Part shown: positions 48,570-57,930 of the stretch, piece after piece
Layout: each line of letters opens with the position of its first letter
How positions within the stretch are numbered: the first letter of the stretch is position 1
NCBI GenBank assembly: GCA_038883655.1
Contig: JAVZLQ010000003.1
Location: forward strand, 160,001-224,000
Length of the DNA stretch: 64,000 bases
Reading direction: 5' to 3'
Origin: Candidatus Bathyarchaeia archaeon
GTDB taxonomy: Archaea; Thermoproteota; Bathyarchaeia; Bathyarchaeales; Bathycorpusculaceae
Notes under the pieces: generated by a model
What the model was told of the DNA's origin: nothing
Seen by the model: the letters and a program-made list of their open reading frames with translations, nothing else
Databases searched by the model: none
Made by a program: the position numbers and the translations under genes

Positions 48570-48704
48570 CCGCGATCACCATGCTTAGATTTTAACTAAA
48601 TTTCTTCGGCGTGCTTTTAAAACTATCTTACTGGAAACGCTTGAAAAATTTAATTTTAACAAATTATTATCTCTATAATTCCGATAAATCTTTGAGCGAG
48701 ATGG

Positions 48705-49802
48705 GTGATGAAGAAAAGGAGCGCGGATTATTCGTTTCTGATGCTATCTTTTATATTAGCATGTTTTCCTATGCTTTTTCTTGAAACTGTTTTCTTGGCA
48801 TACATCGCCGTAAATAAACGCTATGTTGAGGTTGGAATGGGTTATAATGTTTGGTTTACTATGGATTGGGAAAATGACACTAATTGCATTGACAAACCTG
48901 TATTAGGCTATTATAAGTCTAATAACGTCGTCGTTTTACTTCAACACATAAAATGGTTTGATGAATTAGGCATAGATTTCGTAATTGTGAATTGGCAAGG
49001 AATATATTATAATCCTCCTTGCAACGAAAACGCACAATTATTTTTCCAAGTTCTAGCGAATTATACTGGAAAAAATAAAATTAAAGCGTGTATTTGCGTC
49101 CAAATAACTGGCAACTGGACCGATGAAACAGAAATCTACGATTATGTTTGGGACAATTTCGTAACAAAGTATTATCCAGTTTACCATCACTACCAAGGCA
49201 AACCACTAATACTGTTTTTCTCGGAATGCAGCACAATCTACAACAGCACAGATACACTCAAAAAGGACTCAAGGTTTACGGTCATATCAATGGGAGTTAA
49301 GAGTTACGATGACTGGTTATACAATGCCATTTACTACCCAGAAAGAGCAGATGAAAATCGCTGGTGCGCTGTGAAAAACTGGGAAGGAGACAGCCCGAGA
49401 TGTCGCCATATCCCCGTAACGCCAAGATTCGATGAGCGTCACATTGGATATATTTCAGATAGACCTCCATCTATTGGTTATTATGTTGATCCAGAATTAA
49501 CATGGTTATATGATGCAGAATGGGAAAAAGCGCTAAAGGCTGTCAAAGAAAACCAAGTTGATGTTATAACAATTTCTTGGTGGAACGAATTTGCAGAGCG
49601 AAGCCAAATAGAACCATGTTATGACGCCACAGCAAAAAGTGCAGACCCATATTTTATTTTTAATAAAACAAAATATTACATAAGCAGGTTGAGAGAAGAA
49701 ACTTTGATGCTGGATTATTGGCATTTCAAAGTTTGCGTGGCGATCCTTACACCAACTATCTTTTGGGCGGTACTCATGAGGAAGCGTGTACAGATTACTT
49801 AG
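48705..49802 (+). CDS. Glycoside hydrolase, GH99/GH71-like, membrane-anchored
   Basis: YNVWF, PVLGYY.S, GIDFVIVNW.G, GKPL, ISWWNEFAERSQIEP (ExxE catalytic pair of GH99); N- and C-terminal hydrophobic segments. Confidence 0.75.
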   Translation: MMKKRSADYSFLMLSFILACFPMLFLETVFLAYIAVNKRYVEVGMGYNVWFTMDWENDTNCIDKPVLGYYKSNNVVVLLQHIKWFDELGIDFVIVNWQGIYYNPPCNENAQLFFQVLANYTGKNKIKACICVQITGNWTDETEIYDYVWDNFVTKYYPVYHHYQGKPLILFFSECSTIYNSTDTLKKDSRFTVISMGVKSYDDWLYNAIYYPERADENRWCAVKNWEGDSPRCRHIPVTPRFDERHIGYISDRPPSIGYYVDPELTWLYDAEWEKALKAVKENQVDVITISWWNEFAERSQIEPCYDATAKSADPYFIFNKTKYYISRLREETLMLDYWHFKVCVAILTPTIFWAVLMRKRVQIT

Positions 49803-49821
49803 AAGCAGAAAACTCTAGAGA

Positions 49822-50853
49822 TTAGTCGAATGTTTTGGCAATAGAATTGAACAAATCTATGTGCGCTTGAACGTAGTGATCCACATTATACTTCCTAGCA
49901 TATTCATTTGCTCGCTCATATGTTTGCTTAGAAAAATGCTGCCACAGATTGATATCGTTCTTTAGCGAACGTATTATTTCGACTAGTTGCTCGCTTGATC
50001 CTTTGGCAAAAGAGAACCCGCCGAGAAGATTAGTGTTCTCTCTAACACCAATGAGGCTAGAGGCTATTGGCACACATCCGTACAATGCGCCTTCAACCAA
50101 AACGAGACCATACGCCTCCGTTGTGTTCAACGATGGAAGGCACACAACATGCGCTTGTTCATATAATCTCTGTAATCTATAATCATCCACATTCTCTTCA
50201 AACATCACATTTCTCAAATGTAAGCGTTCAACCATGTGCTTAAATTTAGCCTTGAGTGGGCCTTCCCCAACCAGAACAAAATTGACATCCCTTAACTCAT
50301 AAGCAGCCTTAATAAGTATGTTTATTCCTTTGAATGCACGAAACTGACCAACAAAAATAACAGTAAATTGCTTTTCATGTCGATCATGCAAATCATATTC
50401 TTTAGGCAAACTTAACGTAACAGGAGGACGGACAACTTTAACATTTGCCGCCGAAAACAAGTTGGCATATTCTATAGAATGGACAACAATTGCTCGCGCC
50501 CTTTTACAAGCTAAAAATCTATGAAAGCGCGTATACAACTGCGATATACGCTCAGACATCCAGCAGATTTCAGCGTGATGCGTGTATACTATGGCATTGC
50601 CCTTAGTAAGCAAACACACATCTGAAAGGAAAGGAGTTGGACCATGTATATGAACAACATCATAACCCTCATGTTTCTTGAAAGGAATAAAGTTGGGCTT
50701 GAACTCTCCGACCCTGCGTTTCGGAGATTCAACGTCAACATGCCAACCACGCTTACGTAAACCATCAATAAGCACGTCTACAAGCCGGGCAATTCCACCC
50801 TTATATGGGGGAACATCCGTTGCTATTTCTAGAACATTAAGTGTCATTTTCAA
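49822..50853 (-). CDS. Glycosyltransferase family 4 (GT-B)
   Basis: PPYKGGI, VHIH, FVGQFR.FKG, VGEGP, LPS...EAYGLVLVEG...G. Confidence 0.88.
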   Translation of the reverse strand: MKMTLNVLEIATDVPPYKGGIARLVDVLIDGLRKRGWHVDVESPKRRVGEFKPNFIPFKKHEGYDVVHIHGPTPFLSDVCLLTKGNAIVYTHHAEICWMSERISQLYTRFHRFLACKRARAIVVHSIEYANLFSAANVKVVRPPVTLSLPKEYDLHDRHEKQFTVIFVGQFRAFKGINILIKAAYELRDVNFVLVGEGPLKAKFKHMVERLHLRNVMFEENVDDYRLQRLYEQAHVVCLPSLNTTEAYGLVLVEGALYGCVPIASSLIGVRENTNLLGGFSFAKGSSEQLVEIIRSLKNDINLWQHFSKQTYERANEYARKYNVDHYVQAHIDLFNSIAKTFD

Positions 50854-51923
50854 GGCCTAATCAAACTTGTCGGGTGAACCAAGATTGAAGGATATGCCTC
50901 ACAGGGAGTCCAACAAAGCCTACATCCCTTAATCTCATTCCTTAATTTCACAGCAGCCGCAGACCTCAACAAAGCATGTATATCGTAGTTAAAATCACGG
51001 AGGTTACCGATTTTTTTGTCCAAAATGATACACGGATACACATCTCCATAAGGATTCAAAAACAACGAATTATATAACGCCACACAACTCAGTGGCACAT
51101 GTTCCTCTAACATGTACTTCTGCGCGAGTTTTAGATAAGTTTTTGAAACCAACGCTAACGGAGACTTACTACGCACAGAACGCAATCCGGCGGAAAGATC
51201 CTCTAAAGCTTTGTCTTTAAATGTGTTACCACTCACTTGTTGATTTGAATCTAAATTATCATATAGATTTCCAGTGTGGTAGATGGTCACCGTTACATTT
51301 TCCAGAAGCCAACGCAAATCTTTTCTTGCTAATTCGTCAAATAACAATGTTAGAGAACCAGCATTAAATGGAGTAGCAGTATATTCGAACCCTACAGATA
51401 AATTGTTAAATTCCTTACTGAGCGCATGCAACATTTCAATTGTTTTAACAGCTTTACTAAAGGCTCCATTAATTCCACGCATGTTATCATGCACTTCTGG
51501 AGGCCCATCTAAGCTTACGTTTATAAAGGTAAGCGGCACATCAGCATCAAGCACTTTATAGACGTTTTTTTCTATTAAACACGTATCAAGACCGTTGGTT
51601 GTCAAATTAAGCATTTTGGGATTACAGTTTTCTTTAATTAAATTTGCTATGTCTCCGAGATCATTTCTGAGAAATGGTTCTCCTCCCGTGATGCTGATCC
51701 ACGCTAGTTTTTGAAATTTCTGGAATATAAGGGCTATTTCCTCTACCTTTAGTTCCTTGCTTACTAGCCATGGTTTATCAACATAACGTCTCCACGCGTT
51801 GCACATTTTGCAATGAGAGTTACATTTATAGGTAACAGCGAAATTTAATTTAAAAATCTCGCCCCTTAAATATGAAACAAGTATTTCTGTAAATGAACGA
51901 AATGCTTCAGTCAGTCTAATCAT
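50850..51923 (-). CDS. Radical SAM protein with SPASM/twitch domain
   Basis: CNSHCKMC, TGGEPFLR, TTNG, SLDG...HD..RG, C.A......PYGDVYPC...IGNL...CRLCWTPC. Confidence 0.88.
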   Translation of the reverse strand: MIRLTEAFRSFTEILVSYLRGEIFKLNFAVTYKCNSHCKMCNAWRRYVDKPWLVSKELKVEEIALIFQKFQKLAWISITGGEPFLRNDLGDIANLIKENCNPKMLNLTTNGLDTCLIEKNVYKVLDADVPLTFINVSLDGPPEVHDNMRGINGAFSKAVKTIEMLHALSKEFNNLSVGFEYTATPFNAGSLTLLFDELARKDLRWLLENVTVTIYHTGNLYDNLDSNQQVSGNTFKDKALEDLSAGLRSVRSKSPLALVSKTYLKLAQKYMLEEHVPLSCVALYNSLFLNPYGDVYPCIILDKKIGNLRDFNYDIHALLRSAAAVKLRNEIKGCRLCWTPCEAYPSILVHPTSLIRP

Positions 51924-52013
51924 ATGGTCACTGCTTTAGATTATACTACTTGCTTATTAAAATTTAGCACGAACATTCCTTTACAAGACTCTTCAGTAAA
52001 CATCAACCTAGAG

Positions 52014-52832
52014 CTAAAGCATAGTCCTATGAAGAACAACTTTTGCAAGTATGTAAGAGATGAATTGTTTAATTTCGTTGAACGCCAGTTTTGATTTGCC
52101 TCTCTTACGGTTTACAAATATTATTGGAACCTCACCTAATCTAAATCCCCTAATGTTCGCCTGTCTTACCGTTTCTATCTGTATCTCGTAGGTCTGGCTG
52201 TGCAGATCATCGATTATGCCCTTGACAAGCTTTGTAGAGTAGCACCGAAAACCACTTGTGTAGTCGTAGATCCCAGCCTTTACAACAATTGCCGCAACGA
52301 AATTAGCAACCTTACTTATCACTCGGCGGATCATACTCCAGTCTACAGTCCCACCGCCGCTACGATACCGGCTGCCAATAACCAGATCATAACCCCTATG
52401 AAAAGCTGCAACCAAACGCGGGATATCATTTGGATTATGAGAATAATCCGCATCCATAGTTATAATGCACTTGGGAGCGTTAGGCAGAGACAGAAATATC
52501 CGAAAACCATCGGTTATAGCCGTTCCAAGCCCCAGCTTCTGCGGTCTCACATATAACAAAACGTTTTCATACTTCTCTTGTAAATCTCTAACAATGTTGG
52601 CTGTTCCATCTGGGCTTGAGTCGTCTATGACTAAAATGGAGACATTAAGGTTTAAACTTTCAATTTCTTCGATTAGGTTTTTAATATTAGGGGCTTCACA
52701 GTACGTCGGAAGGACAACACCCACATCAGAGGCTACACTCAAATCTCCTTCAACATTCTCTATTGAATTCACGTTAACTGAGTAACACTCCTTAACGTTC
52801 ATTTTATGTCTCATCGCCAGAATGGTCTTCAT
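52014..52832 (-). CDS. Polyprenol/dolichol-phosphate sugar synthase (GT2, DPM1-like)
   Basis: VLPTY.E..NI, IDDSSPDGT, GLG.A...GF, MDADYSH.P, IGSRY..GG, D.TSGFR.Y, EVPI.F..R..G.SK. Confidence 0.88.
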   Translation of the reverse strand: MKTILAMRHKMNVKECYSVNVNSIENVEGDLSVASDVGVVLPTYCEAPNIKNLIEEIESLNLNVSILVIDDSSPDGTANIVRDLQEKYENVLLYVRPQKLGLGTAITDGFRIFLSLPNAPKCIITMDADYSHNPNDIPRLVAAFHRGYDLVIGSRYRSGGGTVDWSMIRRVISKVANFVAAIVVKAGIYDYTSGFRCYSTKLVKGIIDDLHSQTYEIQIETVRQANIRGFRLGEVPIIFVNRKRGKSKLAFNEIKQFISYILAKVVLHRTML

Positions 52833-52888
52833 TTAAGACGGCGTTCTGTATATAAATCTATCACCAAAAACGGCATTCACGCGCTTGT

Positions 52889-53935
52889 TTAGCACAGCCG
52901 CAGTTTCCTTTTGTAATAACCCAGTGGGTGGCGTATTGTTTTGCAAATCTCGTCAGGGTTTACGCATACTCCATGTGTTTGTAGCGTTTCACATTTTGGC
53001 GGGGTGTAGCGTGTTCTCGAGCCTCTTTCGCCGGCAATATGTTCAACTTGGTATTGAGTCATTCTTTCGTTGAAGTCGGAGAAGTTTCTGAATAAGTCGA
53101 TTACGTTTTCGGTTGGCATGCCGACGTTTATCAGGAAGGATGTTAGAGTGAACCTTCCTACATGCGATAAGTGGCGCCCAACAGTGACGGATTCGTAGAG
53201 GGATTTAATGCATGGAGGAAAAGCTTCATTAACAATTGTTTTTGGTAGACCTTCGATTTCTGCTTCGCCTATTTTTTCGATGGATAATTTTCTTATTTTC
53301 TCGGCTATTTCAACAATTTCTATTGGAAACTTTAGTTTATCCTTAACCTCTAGTCGTTTCTCAACATATCTGCGAACCTCTTCGCTTAACAGCCTCGCGG
53401 TTTCGCCCCGCGTAATAAAGACACTTCCCTTAGATAACAAGCGGTTTACGAGTTTCCATTTTTTGTCCCGCAAGTGAATGGTGTTTCTTAAGTAATCGGC
53501 GAAGTTTAAACTAAATTCATATGGTGCAAAGGCAATGTTGTCGATTGGAGATATTTTCCACCCGAAATTTTGAGCAACAGCAAGAAGCTTTTCTCTTGAT
53601 TCGACTTTGAGGTCATTAAAAACCTTTTTTGCTTCTGCAAGGGCGTATCTTTTTTTAATGAAGGAGTTTTCTGTTGCTATTGCCAGAATTATTGCCGTTG
53701 GGAAGGATAAGATTTCTATATCTTCGTTTCGCGAGTCTCCACTAACAATAGCATATAAAACCGCTTCTTCGAGTCTCCCTTGCGCACGTTTGAGAACTGC
53801 ATTGAACTGGGGGTCAACTAGTTCTTCAACTTTAAAATCTAGTTCTTTCACGTATTTGCCTGCTTCTTTTAAGAAGGGGTATTTTGCCAAATCATTTTTT
53901 GTGAATTTTGTTGTGGATTGCATTTGTTTGTTCAC
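52889..53935 (-). CDS. priL: DNA primase large subunit
   Basis: AKYPF, FPPCI, H..RF.L..FL, DF.E..T.YQV.HI.G, YTPPKC.TL...G.C...C..I.HPL.YY. Confidence 0.94.
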   Translation of the reverse strand: MNKQMQSTTKFTKNDLAKYPFLKEAGKYVKELDFKVEELVDPQFNAVLKRAQGRLEEAVLYAIVSGDSRNEDIEILSFPTAIILAIATENSFIKKRYALAEAKKVFNDLKVESREKLLAVAQNFGWKISPIDNIAFAPYEFSLNFADYLRNTIHLRDKKWKLVNRLLSKGSVFITRGETARLLSEEVRRYVEKRLEVKDKLKFPIEIVEIAEKIRKLSIEKIGEAEIEGLPKTIVNEAFPPCIKSLYESVTVGRHLSHVGRFTLTSFLINVGMPTENVIDLFRNFSDFNERMTQYQVEHIAGERGSRTRYTPPKCETLQTHGVCVNPDEICKTIRHPLGYYKRKLRLC

Positions 53936-53936
53936 G

Positions 53937-54692
53937 TTATTCTGTTTCGATTCTTGGCGCCAGATAAAATACTAGTTTGCCTTCTTTTGCTTGTTGAAAG
54001 TCGAGTTTGATGGGCATGTCTTTTGAAAATTCTAATGTCACAACTTCTGATGTCGCGGATGCGGCCTTTATAATTTCGGAAAGGTAGCTTAGGCTGAAGG
54101 TTGCCTTTGATGGTTCTTTAACTTCTAAATCTAGAAGTGCGTCGCTTCCCTTTTGCAGTGTTATTGTGGCGCCCATTAGGTCTCCAGAAGCATTAAAAAC
54201 TAGTTTTTCGCTGTCCGCTTCTATGCGCACATGGTCGCTCACGAGCTGAGCGTCTTCTATTGCTTGGCTTAAGCCGTCGGTTGTCGTTTTGGCTTTTACG
54301 TTGAAGGTTAGTTTTGGCGTTGGAACTTCCTCTTCAGAAGCCTCCAGTGTCGGCATTGTAAAGTTTCTTGCATACTTGCCAGTTATCTTCACTTGTAAGC
54401 GCCCAGTTTTCTCGTCCGGAGAAAGCTCAACAACCTCGTCTTTGCTTGTTCTCTTTAGCAGTTTTAGCAGTTCGCCTATGTTTATGCACATTTTTGTTGG
54501 TTCCGTGCATTCGTACTCTTCGAAAACCGTTTTTGGCCATTCAAAGTCAACCATTGCAACGCGGGACGGGTCCATAGCCCTCAGCTTTAGGCCTTCTGGT
54601 TCGACTTTGAATGTTGCTTCGTCTACGAGTATGGATATGGCTGTTGCCATGTCCCGTAATAGTTTAGCATCTGAAACTTTGATTCTAAACAT
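53937..54692 (-). CDS. pcn: Proliferating cell nuclear antigen (sliding clamp)
   Basis: L.AMDPSRVAMVD, FSLSYL..I.K, D.P..L.F, YLAPRIE. Confidence 0.96.
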   Translation of the reverse strand: MFRIKVSDAKLLRDMATAISILVDEATFKVEPEGLKLRAMDPSRVAMVDFEWPKTVFEEYECTEPTKMCINIGELLKLLKRTSKDEVVELSPDEKTGRLQVKITGKYARNFTMPTLEASEEEVPTPKLTFNVKAKTTTDGLSQAIEDAQLVSDHVRIEADSEKLVFNASGDLMGATITLQKGSDALLDLEVKEPSKATFSLSYLSEIIKAASATSEVVTLEFSKDMPIKLDFQQAKEGKLVFYLAPRIETE

Positions 54693-54787
54693 GTTAATCC
54701 CTTTTCTAATGGTATGTAGTTAGCAATAAAAGGCTTTACCATGCTCTTAAAACTTTGTTTGGAAACGGTGCAGCTTTTTCTTAGTAT

Positions 54788-55138
54788 TTAGCTATATTCT
54801 CTAAACGTGTAGCCGCATTTTGTGCAACGTAAAAATTGTGTTGAGGATTCGTCGGCGCCTCGTGTTTGTACTTGCCAAACGTAGGCTGTGTTATTTCCAC
54901 ATTTTGGACATTCAATGCGTACTGTTGGCAACGTCCGCAGTTTCTGCTCTTCTTTTCCTATGACTGCTACAAGTTGCTGAGGTTTGTGTTCTATTACTTT
55001 TGCTACTTTCGGTTCAACCTTTTTTGGTGGAGCCTTCTTGTAACCGCACTTTGGGCAAGCCATTACAATTGACGATTCTTTTCCGCTTTTACTTTTCTTT
55101 GGTACCAGACGAGAACCACACTTGGGACAAAATTCCAT
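54788..55138 (-). CDS. tfs: Transcription factor S (TFS/RpoM)
   Basis: MEFCPKCG, CPKCGY, CPKCGN..AY.WQVQTRGADES.T.F.RC..C. Confidence 0.94.
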   Translation of the reverse strand: MEFCPKCGSRLVPKKSKSGKESSIVMACPKCGYKKAPPKKVEPKVAKVIEHKPQQLVAVIGKEEQKLRTLPTVRIECPKCGNNTAYVWQVQTRGADESSTQFLRCTKCGYTFREYS

Positions 55139-55219
55139 AGCCTTATTACTCCGCTTTCCGTCTGTTTTTCCTTAACGTGGCTCCTTTTAAACCTTTTCTT
55201 GCTTGAATAAGTATTAGGG

Positions 55220-55825
55220 TTAAACATTACTTATTCCAGATGCTATAAGGTGCGCCACACGTAAAGCCTCGGGAATATTGCTCTGCGTTGAAGTTAGCTG
55301 CAAAATTTTTTCAGCGTCTTCTTTTAATATGCCAGAAACTTGCATGTAGATTTTCTCGCTTTTGTTCCTTGTAGAAACTTCGTGTATTTCGCCAGCGTTT
55401 TGGATTGCTTTCCACCTTTTTTCACTTTTGGGCAGTTTTTTAAGCGCTTCACGGATTTCTTTGAAGCTTGGTTTTTCTTTGGTGACTGCTATTATTGGGA
55501 GGTTTGTTTTTTCAAAAAGCTCTTTTATGTCTATTACGTTAAAGCCTGCAAAGGTTATTCCGTTCAGCATTATGACTCTTAACTGTTTGTAGTGTGGCGA
55601 GTTAAGCACCATGCTTGATATTTTCTCGGTAGCGTCGAAACCGTCCACTTTAACCGTCGTATGCATGACTCCGTCAAGCCAGTATCCACCGCGAAAGACA
55701 ACACCCACAACTGGTACAAGTACCTTTTTATGGGGGATGAACACGCCGTCGTCCACGCCGAGCACACGAATTTCGGGTTTAATTACTCGGAACCGTTTGC
55801 AAAACAAGCTTCTCGCCAGTAACAC
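55220..55825 (-). CDS. DUF99 family protein (endonuclease V-like fold)
   Basis: VLGVDDG.F, VDG.DAT, L.GIT.AGFN.ID, PEALRVAHLIASG. Confidence 0.88.
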   Translation of the reverse strand: MLLARSLFCKRFRVIKPEIRVLGVDDGVFIPHKKVLVPVVGVVFRGGYWLDGVMHTTVKVDGFDATEKISSMVLNSPHYKQLRVIMLNGITFAGFNVIDIKELFEKTNLPIIAVTKEKPSFKEIREALKKLPKSEKRWKAIQNAGEIHEVSTRNKSEKIYMQVSGILKEDAEKILQLTSTQSNIPEALRVAHLIASGISNV

Positions 55826-55867
55826 AGTATTGGATAAGGCATTATAAAGTTTAACTAGTAATATTGT

Positions 55868-56281
55868 ATGGAAGTGGGGAGTCTCGTGGAGAAAAAAAGC
55901 AGGATATTTCCGTTTGTCAGAACTTATAAGAGCCTAACAGAAGTTTTAACGGATCATAAGCTTGCATCGTTGGGTGACGTGTACGTGAACTTTGTTTATG
56001 CGCTGGCGTTGTCAAATAAGAGGCGAGTGCCTTCTGGCGCGAAGGTTAAGGGAAGCATTCTTGCTGAAGCTATTAAGAAGGCAGCTCTGAGGGAGTTCTT
56101 GCCATCGAGAATGGAGCGACATCTACTTGCAGATGCAGCTGAAGCGTTGATAGTTTATGCTTGGCTTCATAATTTTGTAGTGTTAGAAGAAAGCGTCTCC
56201 ATCCTAGAGAAGTTCGATGATCCGGTGGAAGGATTTAGCCATTTGCTGATGGAAATAAAGAACAGAATTAGGTTTTCTTAA
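55868..56281 (+). CDS. Stand-alone RNase III-like domain protein
   Basis: KLASLGD.YVNF..ALA, LAEA...A.LR, AD..EALI..AW pattern. Confidence 0.7.
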   Translation: MEVGSLVEKKSRIFPFVRTYKSLTEVLTDHKLASLGDVYVNFVYALALSNKRRVPSGAKVKGSILAEAIKKAALREFLPSRMERHLLADAAEALIVYAWLHNFVVLEESVSILEKFDDPVEGFSHLLMEIKNRIRFS

Positions 56282-56552
56282 GGGCTTTCTCCAGTTCAAC
56301 TTTAAACTCTTTATTTATGTTGCGTGCCCTTTCTATAGCTTTTAACAGAGCTTCTTCTGGCTTTACCTTTCCTTTTGTGCGAATATATATTACTGGGTTT
56401 GATGCTAGTGGATGTGGTATGTCATAGCCAGCCAAATCTACATTTTCATCTTCTGATAGTATTTTCTGTAGCATGTTGCACAGCGTATGTCCGATGCCTT
56501 CAACCTCGATTTTAAGCTCGTTTGAAGTGCCCTTTAAGACTTTGATTTTCAA
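56268..56552 (-). CDS. rpoL: DNA-directed RNA polymerase subunit L (Rpo11)
   Basis: EGIGHTLCN.L, AGYDIPHPL. Confidence 0.94.
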   Translation of the reverse strand: MKIKVLKGTSNELKIEVEGIGHTLCNMLQKILSEDENVDLAGYDIPHPLASNPVIYIRTKGKVKPEEALLKAIERARNINKEFKVELEKALKKT

Positions 56553-57134
56553 TTAGACAACCCCTTTTCCATAATCTAAGGCTGTTTTGCGCTTTTCAAT
56601 TTTTCCACATTTAGGACAGCGCATTGCATTCCGCCATAATCCTAGCATAAAACCACACTGCGAACAGAAGGCGTAAATGACGCCTAAATTTCTGTCTTTG
56701 ACGGATAAATGGTAAATCCTATTTTTGTCGCTTATGACTTTTGCTCTCATTATGTCGCCTGGCTTGCAAGCATCATACATCGATTCAACATAGCGCATTT
56801 GAACATCAGACACGTGAAGAACGCCTGTGAAGAAACCAGAAAGCATTTTGCCTCCGACTTTAAAAATTCGTACAGCTGCATTTTCGTTTTGGACGCTTGC
56901 CACCTGCCCTAAAACTATGCTTCCAACGTTTGGCACTCTCGCGCCGTGTGCCAGCGGGTAAACTGAAACGCGCTTATTGAAAAAATCGAGTAGAGCTCTT
57001 CCAACAACTTTGGCGTATATAACTCCATCTTTAACGTATGTTCCAGCATCTGGAATGAACTCTTCAATAACACCCAGCCGTTCTCCGGGTAATACAAATT
57101 TGCCGCTTTCTCGATTCTTATCATCAAAGCTCAT
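56553..57134 (-). CDS. csl4: Exosome complex RNA-binding protein Csl4
   Basis: VLPGE.LG..EEF, S1 domain GDI.RAKV, LGVIYA.CS.CG...C..CG..E.RK. Confidence 0.93.
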   Translation of the reverse strand: MSFDDKNRESGKFVLPGERLGVIEEFIPDAGTYVKDGVIYAKVVGRALLDFFNKRVSVYPLAHGARVPNVGSIVLGQVASVQNENAAVRIFKVGGKMLSGFFTGVLHVSDVQMRYVESMYDACKPGDIMRAKVISDKNRIYHLSVKDRNLGVIYAFCSQCGFMLGLWRNAMRCPKCGKIEKRKTALDYGKGVV

Positions 57135-57243
57135 TTAAATTCCCTTTTTATTACTCCAAATTAAAGTTGCTTTGAAATATTGCGGACGTTAAACGTGAAC
57201 AGCACCAATGTAGTTTATCACACAAGTCAATAAACCTTTTGAT

Positions 57244-57930
57244 TCAGCGTTTCTCGATAACATATAAGTCCACCAAGAAACTATGCTTCTTTCTTGTGTG
57301 GAACGGAAACATGTACGGAATAGTCATCACCATAGAGTATACTGCAATTATCCTTCCGCCTGCGTTTTCAATGAAATCCTTAATAAATAAAGAAGGAGCT
57401 GCTGCAACAAAACCAGATGCCGATGTCTTCACTTTCTTCATGAAATTTTTATCCTTGCAAAGGCTTTTATGAAGCGAATATACCCTTCTGCCTATCGCTA
57501 AAGCTTTTTCCAGAAATTTTGTGTCAGCCTTGCGTTTCTGCACACCAAAAGGCGGATTTTGCAATACCGTGTCGAACTTTCCGCGAACAGCGTTTATGTC
57601 AGCATTAATCCATTGTACCCTATTTTTTAGTTTTAGCTTGACGGAGTTTTCGAAAGCCAACCTTATGGCTGTTTTGTCGATGTCTACGCCCACCACGTTT
57701 TTTGCTCCTAAAAATGCTGCTCCCAGAGCTAGTCGTCCAGTACCGCAACCTACATCCACAACCGTTTTGTTGACAATATCGTCGTAATTGTAGGCTGCCA
57801 TGTAAAGCATTGTTGCTGCAACATCTACTGGAATTGTGTATTGTTCAAGGTTTGCTTTTGGGGATGGATGCTGCTGAATCTGGGATAGCAATAGTTCCAA
57901 GTCTAGTTTTCGAACCAGCCTCTTTTGCAT
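57244..57930 (-). CDS. METTL5-family RNA methyltransferase
   Basis: LEQY..P...A, DVGCGTG.L, NPPFG, D..FL..A, YSLHK, FH. Confidence 0.88.
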   Translation of the reverse strand: MQKRLVRKLDLELLLSQIQQHPSPKANLEQYTIPVDVAATMLYMAAYNYDDIVNKTVVDVGCGTGRLALGAAFLGAKNVVGVDIDKTAIRLAFENSVKLKLKNRVQWINADINAVRGKFDTVLQNPPFGVQKRKADTKFLEKALAIGRRVYSLHKSLCKDKNFMKKVKTSASGFVAAAPSLFIKDFIENAGGRIIAVYSMVMTIPYMFPFHTRKKHSFLVDLYVIEKR

